A stretch of 64,000 nt of DNA from Tubulanus polymorphus. Its lineage: Eukaryota; Animalia; Nemertea. A program made the position numbers and the translations under genes. How positions within the stretch are numbered: the stretch's first letter is position 1; every line of letters begins with the position of its first letter. A model generated the notes under the pieces. The model was not told the origin of the DNA and ran no database searches. It saw only the letters and a list, made by a program, of their open reading frames with translations. Positions 38,216 through 50,270 of the stretch are shown here, piece by piece. The stretch is from positions 14,322,110 to 14,386,109 of the forward strand of contig NC_134030.1 in assembly GCF_964204645.1 (NCBI RefSeq). Direction: 5' to 3'.

Positions 38216-38468
38216 ATAAATGAAGAAATCTCACACTTCGAATTTGAAATTATACTATCAAATTTATTATTACGAAACCACAACGTTTCGGCTGTTGACT
38301 AACAGCCATCATCATCATCATTCCACCTGATGATGGCTGTTAGTCAAAAGCCGAAACGTTGTGGTTTCGTAATAATAAATTTGATAGTATAATTTCAAAT
38401 TCGAAGTGTGGGATTTCTTCATTTATCTACAGTTTACACGGATTATAGTGTTTATTCGACAACTAACT
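38216..38468. mobile_element. Penelope-like inverted pLTR fragment with 12-bp TSD
   Basis: ~100-bp-arm palindrome at 38214-38428 containing a hammerhead core. Flanked by gattgtggtgag (38204-38215) and gattatggtgag (38469-38480). Confidence 0.75.
38323..38364 (+). ncRNA. Minimal type I hammerhead ribozyme
   Basis: CCAC-CUGAUGA-U-GGCU(loop)AGCC-GAAAC-GUU-GUGG: stem I CCAC/GUGG, conserved core, stem II, and self-complementary AACGUU stem III. Confidence 0.8.
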
Positions 38469-41349
38469 GATTATGGTGAGTTTTAAGGTCATTGGGTTTT
38501 GCATATGGTCACCAGGGGCGTTGAATAGTAGAATAACTTAGTATTTCCATATTAAATTGGTAACGAGGCATATTTTGTTATCACAATCAATTACAAAATC
38601 ATAGCTGCTCACATGTTCTATGATTGTGGTGGTTTTCAAGGTCATTGGTTTTCGTATATGGTCAATAGAGGGTGTTATGTTTTGAAATTGTTAGATTGTT
38701 GAGCATTTGAAACCACTTCCCAAGTGAGCATGGTGTCCCTGGACCCCTAGTTTGGTTTTGTCTCCCGCGACAATTCATTATTCTTGTTTTGTCGCACGCA
38801 ACAATTCAATATTTTGTTTTTGTCATCCGCGACAATTCATTATTTTGGTTTTATTGCCACGACAATTCAATATTTTGGTTTTAACACCCGCGACAATTCA
38901 TTATTGTGGTTTTATCGCCCGCGACAATTCATTATTTTGGTTTTATTGCCCGCGACAATTCATTATTTTGGTTTTATCGCCCGCGACAATTCATTATTTT
39001 TGTTTTTTCGCCCGTGACAATTCAATATTTTGGTTTTGTCACCCGCGACAATTCATAATTTTGGTTCTGTCCCCGTGGTTTTGTCGGAACATTAAGTTTT
39101 TTGGTCGAACAGTGTGTTAAGGTCGTTTTGGAAATTTACTCGGTCTGATATATTTTGGATTACTGTGTATGTCATTTGTCAGGACATTAAACAGAAGACG
39201 ACTTAGGATACTACCTGCGTGACTCCACTAGTTAGACCGTCTCATTCCAAGATGAGGCGTTCCGTTGATTTCGGTTACAAGTTTCCGTTCAGAGATAACT
39301 GCCGAGCCATTTTAACGACCTATCATTGATACTGTTTCCTAATAGACTCTTAAGTAATGGCTGATGTTGAGCCTTATCAAATGCTTTGTTGAAATCCACC
39401 GTTGAACAGGATTCTAAGACTGTGCAGAAAACCCGTTATCGCTGCTTTGCAGCTATATTTATTATTATTATTTTTTTCCACACATTTTTTGTCAAAAGTA
39501 CATAGGCTTTTTTACATTACCGCTTTTGCCGATACAATCCGTCTGATATCATTCAGCTCACTTCGATCTACCAATACTCCATGGGAATTTTGAAGAATCA
39601 ACGTTACAAAAGGACGGTCGGGCCGTAAACATCGAAAATTGAGCCCCATTCAAAGAGCCGACATGTTTTTCTAAGTCGTCTTTCCGAAATCTACCGCACG
39701 TTTCTTGTCACATCGATTATCAATTCAAGCATAAATTAACAAATTTGTTACCGAAAGATTGCACATTCTGTCGCGGTTTTTAAAATCTAATTTTAACAGT
39801 AACCCATCTTCCTCATCAAATTACATTACTGATACACAGGAAATTTCACTTCGCAATTTGAAACCAGAATTTCATCAGATATCTTGATGCAACGTTACCT
39901 TACGCACGAGATTTCGGAACTAGATGAATCATTTAACACATCGCACACAAAAAATCGTTACATCATAGCCTTGAGTATCAGTATTCGCACTAGAATTGAT
40001 GAATATGAACCTCTTCAATTGTACTGCCATTCTGTTTAGCACCTGCTGGTCCACCTCATTTACATATTCAAAGAATGCTATGGCATCATGATGGAGGGGG
40101 TTTCGTCTTTGAAAGCCCATAACTACCGAACAAAGCGTCGGATCTTGACAGGGAGGTAAGTCACCATAGAAGAAAAATCCGGAAAATTAAAAGTTATACA
40201 TCAGCCCCAACTCGCGAGCGCCGAAGGCGCAAAGCAACCACTGGGGGGTTTGGGGGTCCTCCCCCCAGAAAATTTTTGAAATTAAAAGCGTTTTCCGAGC
40301 ACTTAGAGCGATCTTGAGCCCATGAACGATGACCCTATATTTTGAAAGTAATGTCCATTTCCAATGCGACACATCCACATTTCACTAACAAACAGCATCT
40401 GAAGCAGTAGAGGTCGAACCCCTAAATAAGTGAACATTGTGCGCTGCGCACCGCGCTACCCGAATGACTGTATTGAGGATAGACGCTCGAGACACGACGC
40501 TATGTTTTCTCACTATACGTACTACTTCTAGTGGCTATAAATAGACCTACGAGCCATTATCTAGTTAGATAATTGCTCGTAGAATAGACGTAGCCTATTA
40601 ATGATCGATCACACTATGAGGTCACGCAGATGCGCTATTCTCGCAATATAAATAATTGCAACATTTCAAACAAACAGTTTAGAATAAAGTCCGGAATTCC
40701 GTGTTAACTAGGGGTCCAGGGACACCATGCCCACTTGGGAAGTGGTTCCAAATGTTCAACAATCTAACAATTTCAATATTGAACGCCCCTGGCAACCATA
40801 TACAAAAACCAATGACCTTGAAACTCACCACAATCATAGAACATGTCAGCAGCTACGATTTTGTAATTGATTGTGATAAAAAAATATGCCTCGTTACCAA
40901 ATTGATATGGAAATACTAAGTTATTCTACTATTCAACGCCCTCTGGAGACCATATTCAAAACCCAATGACCTCAAAACTTGCCACAATCATAGAACATGT
41001 CATGAAATACAACTTTGCAATTGATCATGGTAACAAAATATGCCTAGGTACCAATATAATAAGGAAATACTCTACTAAGTTATTCTACTATTCAACGCCC
41101 CCTGGTGACCATATAAAAAAACTAATGTCCTTAAAACTCACAACAATCATAGACGATGTCATGAGCTACAACTTTCCAATTGATTGTGGTTACAAAATAT
41201 GCATAGGTACGAATATAATAAAGAAATGCTAAGATATTGTATTATTCAACGCCCCCTGATGGCCATATACGAAATCCAATTACCTTGAAACTCACGACAA
41301 TCATAGAACACGTTATGAGCTACAACTTTCTAATTGATTGTGGTAGCAA

Positions 41350-44300
41350 CAGAGATGAGAACGCCAAGGTATGAAATCCGCGGGAATATTCTTTTACTTA
41401 CGGACTTCCGCCCCTGCGAGCGCCGAAGGCGCGACGCAACCTCCGAGGGGTTGGGGGGACCTCCCCCAAGAAATTTTTGAAATTAGAAGCGTTTTCCGAG
41501 CACTTAGAGCGATCTTGAACCCATGAACGATTGCTGAACGACCACCATATTTTGAAAGGTAATGGCTATTTCCAATGTGGCAGATCCACATTCGATGAGA
41601 TCTAAAGCAGTAGGCCAACAGGTTGAGCCCCTGATTTTAGATTTTTAAAATTTTCAGAAACCAAAGTCAACACAGAAAGGTGAGATCCTTGTGTGATCCA
41701 TTTTTTCGGTCATTAAATGACAGATGTCTCTGACAGTCACAGAACGTACAGTAATGTGTTTGAACCCCAAACATCCCATCTATCATTCGGATTCCTATCA
41801 TAAAAAATAACACAATCTAATGCAAATTCAATTGAGAAAAAGACTTTATTGTGAATAAAACATCTAGTACAAACGTTATTCATGAACTGTATAATATGAG
41901 ACGGTATGGTCGACACAGAGCTCTGATGTCAAGAAACCAAATATTCAATTTAGATACCCAGTTTTGCGTAGCTTTTGGGTACGGATATTTGTTTCGTGAG
42001 TTGTGGCAGCTTTCTTTTTGCTAACTCTTTTCACGGCACGGACTGCATACTTATCCAATATTTCCTTCCTCACTTGGACAGTCGCAGCACGCTTGTTTTT
42101 ATGTTTCCTAGATGCTCCCCGAATTTTTTGACATAGCCGTTTGTTGACAGGGCTGAAGCGAACATCCCTACGCCCAAAATATTGTAAGGCAGTTCGACCT
42201 TTGGCTTGGAGAGCATATTTTATGGACTGGTAGGCCGGATATGTTTTTATGTTTAGCCTGTTTGTCTTCTTGTTCAATAAGTGATTCATGATGGAAAACG
42301 ATGCCTCTACCTGGGGACCATGAAAGATACTAAGGGACGCCCGAACCACAGCACACACGGCGGGATATTTTCCAGTCTTCATTACCAAGTGCCAACATCG
42401 GTCAATTTTACCATCGTAGATAGGGAGGTCATGGTCGACTGAGAGCCTCGTCAGCTGGCTGTAAAAATCCCCATCATCTTCACTAATAAACCGACCAAGA
42501 TTGTGATCATCCTTTAAGGCTTTCAACCCTATTGAGGCGATGGAATGAGATAAAATCGAAGGATCTACACACGACACAGCTTTCAAGACGTTACTATTTA
42601 TAGGTAGTTTCATCTGCATATATACTCCACATTGAACGTAGGCAGTTTTGACTTTATCAAAAAAATCTTTTCTCGTTTGGGCATCTACTTGTTTCAGAGC
42701 TTGAACATTGGCATTACCCACGAACATATCAGCTGGTTTGTACTGCAGGGTTACATCTGTGAGATCAAGTGCCAGGAGCTTTTTGGCTGATTTATTGACA
42801 ATATTTTCTGGCTTGATGAACGAGGCAATAAACTCCCGAAAAACCTTCAATTGTTCTTCATGTAGTTTGTGTACGAGAGTCTCCTGTCCTTGGAACACGC
42901 AAACATAAGATTTCAATATAGGGAAAGCTGCCAAGTAAAAATTCATGATGCGAATGGTTCGACTCTCCTGGTACAGCACTCTTTCTAGTATCTCAACTTT
43001 CCTTTGCTTTCCAGCATCTGTCATTGACGTGCGTTTTTTTCTCAATCGATCATGTATTTCCTTGATTCTACCTTTAGCCTCCGGACTCAGGTTAGATAGG
43101 TCATCAATTACAGGCTTGTATGCCCCAACTATTTCAGTCGGCAAAAAAGCCGAGTAAAACACTTTCAAGGCAGGAAACATAGGTAGACATGTAAGGGATA
43201 CATCATACACTGAGAGCCATCTGTGCGGAACATAATTCTGAGGGGCAACGTATTGAGTTTCTAGCAAGTCACATATCTCGGCTAAGTCCTGCTTTAAATC
43301 AGGTGACCATTTAAAATCATTGAACAATGTTGTATACAATTTTTCGACCCAATTTTCAAAAACATCTGAAAGTTTCTTCGCACAATTATGAATGTGGTGA
43401 CATGAATCCCCATCAATGTCCAATAAATCTTTTGCTTTTTCGCGAATCTTAGCTTCTACCCCATTTCGCTTCCCTCTCATGACGTTACACGAATCAGCCA
43501 ATATGGAAACTAGATTTTTAAGATGAACATCGTGGTCATTCAGCAATTTCACCAAGGCTTGATATATCGATTCTGCGTCAACTGTTGTCATTTCAATGCC
43601 TGCAAAATGCTGCACAACTGAACGCCCTTCTGTGACGTCAAAATAACTCACCAGAACTCCTAATAAAGAATTAAAATTCACATGATATAGGCATATACTC
43701 TCCACCTCTCGTCAAGCATAAGTGATCTAAACCATTTTTATTGTTTCTAAAAAAAACCCACCTAACACTTTTTTGTGTACTAAAGACGTGCATTCGTCAA
43801 TATTCAGTGAAAATGGGCCATGTCGTAGATGGTTAGCTGTTTCATCAGTGAAGTATTGCCCCATCCCATGCGTTAGTTTGTATGATGCGGTGAACCTAGA
43901 AAGACTAACTTCTTTGACAGCAGATTTGTCAGCATTTTTGACCAGGTTCACGAGCTTAGGCGCGATGCACAGAGGCAAATTATTTTCAGCGATAAAGCCT
44001 AAAAGCAATGCCTGTAAGAAAAGAATGCACCAGTCATGGCAAAAGTAGGGCTATGTGGTCATTTACTGTTTAATGTAAACTACCGGGGTAAGGCTAAACA
44101 AAAATAATACCCTGTTTTTCTGCAGCGGTCGGGTCATTTTAGTAAAATATAATAAAATTTGTAATCAGTTCATTTTTATAGCTGTCTGTTATAGTAAAAT
44201 TGATCACGATTTTAAAAAAGATGGGCGGCCGCCGGGTCTAACTTTTAAGCTCAGCAGAGCGGAGAAACAATGTATCAATTTTTTTGCCTAATACTGGATA

Positions 44301-45202
44301 TATTAGATTTATAAAAAATAAATACGCATCATACCTTAGTAGAAGAGATACGATCGCACCAAAGGGGTTTTATTGTGCGGGTAGTGGTTGGGGTTTCACC
44401 ACACGATGGTGCCTCGGGGGGTGGAAGTTCTAGATGCTCCGTAATAGTTATCTGATCTGTGAGGTGTGTATCCGTTTTTAGATGGTCACTAAGAGCACCC
44501 AGACCGCGACTCGCATACTTGACTCGGTGTCCGTTACAAACATTACATTCAATAATCCCCGCTATAGGAACTTTTTGGAAGCAGTTATATCTCATTCTAT
44601 GGTCCTTGTATGTCAGCTCTTTCTCTAACCATTCGGGCTTAAATTTTTCCCTCACGCCTGCAGCAGCATCTTGCTCACGCCAGTCCATCGTCTATGGTCA
44701 ACGAAACGCTATGAACTTTGAAAGAAAGAACAACTTTGAAAAAGATATTTTTATTTAACTATTTATTTAACTTTATTCTAGTCAACTTACCTTTTTAAGA
44801 TCTTTCCAGTTAGGCGCTAGGACTTAGGACTGAATATTTTTATCTATCGACGTATTAAAAGCCTACGCTACACACCGCCTCGCACTGTTGCCACGTGCCA
44901 TGTCAGCAACCGATTGATTAAATACATACGTACGTCGTAATAGACTGTGCAAACAGAATCAGTGAGTGTAGAAGGTCGATAAGAAAGCATTTATGCAACG
45001 ATGTGTAAACAGGCACTGAACGCTTTTACGGTTCGCCCGATCACCAATCGCGCCAGAGAAACCCAACTGCAAATCGCGCCACACTTGTGAAGTGACACAC
45101 CATGAACCCCCCCCCCCCCTTATACTTTTACATCAATTTTGGACTATTTGGAAAAATGATATTTTTCAATACCGAAATCCGTGGCAAACTCGTTCTCATC
45201 TC
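41350..45202 (-). mobile_element. hAT transposon (inner), TIR CAGAGATGAGAACG
   Basis: tagcaa|cagagatgagaacg at 41350 and cgttctcatctc|tagcaa at 45202, with the right TIR apparently lacking its last 2 nt. A comparable empty site is visible in family B copy 3 near 58690. Confidence 0.88.
41945..44688 (-). CDS. hAT transposase, three coding exons (44688-44335, 44011-43762, 43659-41945), 772 aa, apparently intact
   Basis: GT-AG introns restore the frame (..STK|ALLL.. and ..KKVL-G-VLVSYFD..); total 2319 nt. BED-like CNVC..H..H finger, LNIDECT, ADSCNVM, CHHIH, RWLS, VEASFS. Confidence 0.85.
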
Positions 45203-45931
45203 TAGCAAAATACGCTTAGGTATCAATATAATGTGGAAAAACTTTTTCCCACTTACGAATGAGTACTGGTGACACCAAGATGGCCGCCAATTGCGTCATA
45301 ATTGGCTGATGAAAAATACTGCCAGTCAGCCATCTTGATTCTGACAGGGCCAGTTTTTGGGCTGAAGATGTGTCTAGGGTAGATACACGTGTAACCCAAA
45401 TATCAAGACGTTACCTTGAAGCGTCTTCAAAACTTCCTAAAATAACTGGATTCCGTCTACGGACGGACGGACGGACGGACGGACGGACGAACGGACGACG
45501 GGCGAAAAGTGAACGCAATGGCCCGCTGGGACTTAAGTCCCAAGTGGGCTAAAAACTCCCATATCAGTTTGATTCATGAAGTACCGGTACACAGTAATAT
45601 TTTTTTTCTATTTTTTACATTGATAACAAAAAGGCAAAATAATACTCACATTTCCATGAAATATCCAATAAACAGCTCCCATGTTGACAAAACACAAATA
45701 ATTCCACACCGACAATGTCGAATTTGAACACTACCGGTACTTATATATAAGTAAAAGTTAGCACTAGCAGGCTGCACTGGATATTCCAACGAATTGGTCA
45801 TGATAAAATCACATCAGATATAAATCCGTTAACATAAAACATATATACAGTATTCAATTTAAGAATGTACCTGAACTAGAACTACGACTATCTAAAAACT
45901 ATTAAACTACGAATGCAAAGTTATTTTCAGT

Positions 45932-48403
45932 CTATTTGGAAGACTGACGACGACGGCTTTCACTAGCCCTGGACATAATCCTACATTTGGTTTCTTGAGC
46001 TATTTGGTGAACCGTTTTTCTTTTCAAGTTCACACGACTTGGTCGATTGGATGCAGTTTTGGCAACTTTTCTTGGTCGCAGTAGCTCACTTTCCCGAGCT
46101 AAATCAACACCAAGTTGTCGTTTTTCGGTGTTTTTCTTCTCCCGAATTTGCGAGTTGTTTTTAATAAATCTCGAGTAGGCAGTATGCATATGATATGCTA
46201 TATTACGGTCTACCGGTGAATATACTATGTCCGGTCTATGGTAAACTTCAAGCGCGCTTTTACCTTTAGCCTTCAAGTCGTACTTTACGTTTTGAATAGC
46301 TGCGAATGTTGATGCATGCATCCTGTTCGATTTTTTATCCATTATATCATTCATTATAGAAAACGAACGCTCGACTCTTGGCCCAGTGAATATGGACATA
46401 TACGCTTTAACCACTTTTGCAATGTTTGGGTACTTATTGGTCTTAAATACTTCGGTCCACCACAGGTCAAGCCTAATTTCTCAGCATCAAACTTCGGTAA
46501 ATGAGTGTCAAGTTGTATGCGATTTATCTCCAATAAATAATTGTTCATAGATTCGTGGTCGTTTGGTGAAATGACAGTGGGAAAGTAGGTAACCAAGTCT
46601 TTCAGTGCAGACGCGGTTTCACTGTTACCGAGCACATCGGGCCCTATGGCCGATAAACAACGCAGAAGGTGATTTTCAAGGGGCATTTTCTTCAGTAGAT
46701 ATCCACCAGATTTAATATATGCCTTGGATACAGTTTCCAAGAAATGTGTGCGCCTTTTTTTGTCCCACGAGTCTAATAGGTAGCTGGCTTCGGCCCCGAC
46801 AAACATATCGTCAAGTTTACGATGTTTCGTACTGTCTGTAGCGTCGAACTCGGATAACTTCTCTGGAGTGAGATTTTTAACAAACTCGTGCTTAACATAT
46901 CCACATGTAAAATCTCTAGACAGCGCATATATCTCGTCATGAATCTGATGTATTTTGGGTTCATCAGCTTCAAAAATCATCACGAATGATTTGAACAAAG
47001 GTAAAATGCGCGCGTACGTATACATGTGTATAAGAGTCTCCTGTCTCTTATAGAACATTTTTTCATAAATCCGTCGTTTTCTTTCTTTACCGTCCCCAAT
47101 AAGGGATTTATTTTTCATTTTTTTTAACGACACTGTAAACTCGTTTCCTAGAAGCCTCCGAGCACGATTTCAGGATGTCAATAACATAGTTATCATAGAG
47201 GTTTCTGTCCTCATCGCTCATAAATGAAAAGTAAATGCAAGTTAGCGCGTCAAAGAGCTCCAGATTTTTTACGGTTACGTCGTACATAGACAACCAGTGA
47301 TGCGAGATTCTTTCAGCTGGAACTACAAACGGTATGTTCAGTATTAGACAAATTTGTTCTAATGCCTCACGCATATCCAGGGAATACTTAAAGTCGGTAT
47401 ATATATCGTCATCAAGCTTTTCAAGGTACGAGTCAAATGCAGAACAAAAGTTCTTAACCATATTGTGTACATGATGACATATGTCCCCGTCAATGTCCAG
47501 CAGATGATTGACTTTTCGTCGTAATTTGGCTTCATAGCCATTTAGACGTCCTCGCATGTAATTTGTCGAATCAGAGAGCGACGAAATCAGATTATCGAGA
47601 GAAATATTTGCCGATTCAAATAATCCAATAACGGTATCGAACACGGTCTGCGTATTCACAGTTACCATCCTGACAGAATCAAAATGCTTAACGACACACT
47701 TTCCTTCGATTTCTGAGTAAAAGTTGACGAGTACCGTGATGATTCGCTCTTTATTTTGTGCCGTACATTCATCTAAATTGATTGAAAAAAAACTGCGCTG
47801 CATCTCTGCAACTAGACGCTTGTGAACCGCTGGGCTTAGTCCATGAGTCAGTTTATACTTGGCCGTAACCTTACTCATGGAAAGTTGACTGAGAACTTTC
47901 TCATCTCTCGACATAGCCTGTGTAAATTGTATCAAATGTGGCGCAAATGCAAACGGCAGCCTGTGTTCCGCCAGAAAACTAACGGTTAATGCTTGCGCAT
48001 TAGACAAACGATCGAGGACCGACACAATCGGTTGATTTTGAGTCGCCGTAGAATTTGAGCTAGACGCCCCGGGTGATTCATCACTTTCCAGTGCTGGGGG
48101 CACTACCCCTTGATAAGCTAAAAGAAGTTGTTCGTTTGATCGAATGGCCTCAATGGCCCGTTTATGGTCTCCACGCTTAGCATGTTTTTTCAAATCACTT
48201 TTCCCCGAGTTTCCATATTTCAAAGTCATGTTACACAAAGAACAAAATGCAAGTCCAGGAGCATCTATTTTCTTTAAATAGATCGACATAACATCGCCAA
48301 TACAATCCTTCTCTCCCAACCATGCCCATTGCCATGGATTTTTAACATCACGATCTATAGTTTTTATATCGTCACTCGCACGACTTACTATTTTGGAATT
48401 CAT
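45932..48403 (-). pseudogene. hAT transposase of the outer element, intronless, two frameshifts (~47120, ~46460)
   Basis: CSLC..H..H finger, INLDECT, SDSTNYM, DICHHVHN, HWLS, VERSFS across three overlapping ORFs. Collinear with the inner transposase. Confidence 0.9.
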
Positions 48404-50117
48404 TTTGACCTATCCACACTCAATTACTGCAGAGAATTAAGAGACTCAAAAAACTTAGAACAATAACGATCTCTGCTGTCTAGACGTAGCCTACACGTAC
48501 AAATGAGGTCACGTCACTCAGGTGCACGGCTATCGCCGAAAGATCGATAATTGTAACAGAAGGAAATTATACACTTGTTAAACGTCAGTAATAGAATCTA
48601 ACTGTAAAACGAAATAAATGTTGTCCGGTCTGCGGCGCTTTTACGGCCACCGGTACCAACAAACTTTCAAATAAACCCTACCCCCCCCCCCTCACATTTT
48701 CTCATTGTTTTTAGGCTTTTCAGAAAAATGACCTTGGACTTGAAAAATCCGGAATTCCGGATAAATCCGGAAAACTTTCCTCCCTGTCTTGACAAGATAA
48801 AGTTCCTCCTACGCAAATAGCATTGAATTTTCACATGTGTAATTTTGGACAATTAAAGATGCTGCCAAATAAATCAACTTTGCGCACCATGAACCAGAAA
48901 GAAACTTTCCATGATGGGTTTCGGTATTGACTTAGAACTTGAAAAGTGAATGGAAATAACTGTGTTGATACGGTGCATGTTTAATCTATACTATCAACAT
49001 AAAACGTCAGTTAGTATACTTAAAATGGCCACTGGATAGTCTGCTCTCGGCACAATTGCCAAGAACCCATGCCATAGGCCAATGACCATGCATTCCATGG
49101 GGTACAAGCTTCATATCAATGATTCAACACGAGTGTTTTGAAGCTGTTCACAGACTGAACTTTAAGGCCAACTGCTAGCTGTACCCTAACACCCTATAGC
49201 TAGTCTTACGATTGACCAAGTGGAACAGGAAAACAATATTCACCAGCGGAGGAATGACAGTAACGCTAGATTAATTATAGGCATTTTGGACAAGACAATT
49301 TTGATCCAAGGAGACACTGACATAAAACAACTAAAACTTGAACATAAACTACTCGGGTCAAACAAAATCAGAAGCTGCTACATATGTTTTTCAAATTTCA
49401 GGGCAGTACATATTAAACCAGGACGGCCGGTTACTGTTGAAATCTAAGTTCATCAACTGAATAAGACTTTCAATAGTTTCATTCATGATAGGATATCTTT
49501 TAATAGTAAAGCAATTTAGGCCCAAGCTTAAAACATTTTAAAATGCAACAACAATGTCTTCACATGACCATTCGACAATTAAAATGTGGGTCTGTTGAAA
49601 CCTGTCTGTGTGCACCCGTTGGAAGCGTTATCTATTACTACACGTAAGTGATGCATAAATGGTTAACGCTTTATGTGTTATTACTGACAATGCAATCAAC
49701 TCGCGCCATGTACTAAGTATTAAAAATATCAAAATCATCAGTGTTGCAAACTAAATACAAAATCGCCAGGCTCAAACGATTGCTAACGTAAGGGCATAAA
49801 AATGACGGGTTCAATTATTGACACTTAATGCCATCTTCAATTACTTAAGATTAGTTTTCAGTGTTGATCAAAACACCGATCTCGGGCGTATACTGCGTGT
49901 GGTGTTATCACTGCGGAAAATAGTAGATGCGCTATTTTTTTTTAAATAACCTCTATTCATCAAAATACCTCGTTTGTTTTGTGGAATATGTAATTAAACT
50001 TCGACTTTGTCATCAATATTTCTTGCGACTGTGATTGAATCTGCCGTATTCAGTAAATTCGAGTGATATCATCGGGGCGGAAATCTCAGCTAGCTAATTA
50101 ATTTATGCTGGTTTTAG

Positions 50118-50270
50118 CAGAGGTGAGAATGCCAACCTATAAAATCCGCGTTTTTTTTTGTTGAGTTGCACACCTGAACCAGCTGACGGCGTAACCGTCA
50201 GCACTCGCGAGCGCCAAAGGCGCGAAGCGATTTGGGGGTCCTCCCCCAAGAAAATTTTGTATGCCAAAAA
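50118..50270. mobile_element. Solo end of an element related to the inner hAT
   Basis: cagaggtgagaatgccaacctataaaatccgcg resembles 41350 cagagatgagaacgccaaggtatgaaatccgcg and is followed by the same gcgagcgcc..gggggtcctccccc motif. Confidence 0.65.

Larger units (their letters stand above)
37489..38752 (+). mobile_element. Helentron/DINE-1-like (HINE) family B copy 1, inserted in the satellite
   Basis: Starts in a T-run; subTIR ccacttggga with partial IR; (GTCC)n microsatellite; ~157-bp internal tandem repeats; 3' tcccaagtgagc..ccctggacccctagtt. Confidence 0.8.
34556..39080. repeat. 31-bp tandem satellite (about 100 units), interrupted at 37489-38752
   Basis: Consensus TCGCCCGCGACAATTCATTATTTTGGTTTT(G/A). 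Period measured as 31 (for example 36541 to 36572). Confidence 0.97.
33381..39460 (+). mobile_element. Helentron/DINE-1-like non-autonomous element family A; second partial copy at ~39460-39842
   Basis: Duplicated 5' hairpin agggttttctg-ttacatca-cagaaaaccct followed by (TTA)n. 3' subterminal IR cagaaaaccc (39425-39434) followed by stem-loop gctgc-ttt-gcagc (39441-39453). 33505-33885 is repeated at 39460-39842. Confidence 0.65.
40706..45555 (-). mobile_element. HINE family B copy 2 (both ends present), split by the inner hAT
   Basis: aactaggggtccagggacaccatgcccacttggga at the left end; (GACG)n and gctgggacttaagtcccaagtgggctaaaaa at the right end; ~156-bp tandem units. The host sequence resumes exactly after about 45202. 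Confidence 0.85.
40149..48786 (-). mobile_element. hAT transposon (outer), TIR CAGGGAGGWAAG, 6-bp TSD TCTTGA
   Basis: tcttga|cagggaggtaag at 40149 and ctttcctccctg|tcttga at 48786. AATCCGG subterminal repeats occur at both ends. Confidence 0.85.

Noticed and set aside
34492-39120. Many overlapping 60-270 aa plus-strand ORFs (FWFCRPRQF / VLSPATIHYFGF repeats)
   Set aside because: These are translations of the stop-free 31-bp satellite in all three frames, with no evidence of coding function.
40701-41232. Short ORFs in family B repeats (also 58588, 58813, 61921) and antisense ORFs over pol, gag and the transposases
   Set aside because: These are incidental frames within tandem repeats or shadows of real genes on the opposite strand.
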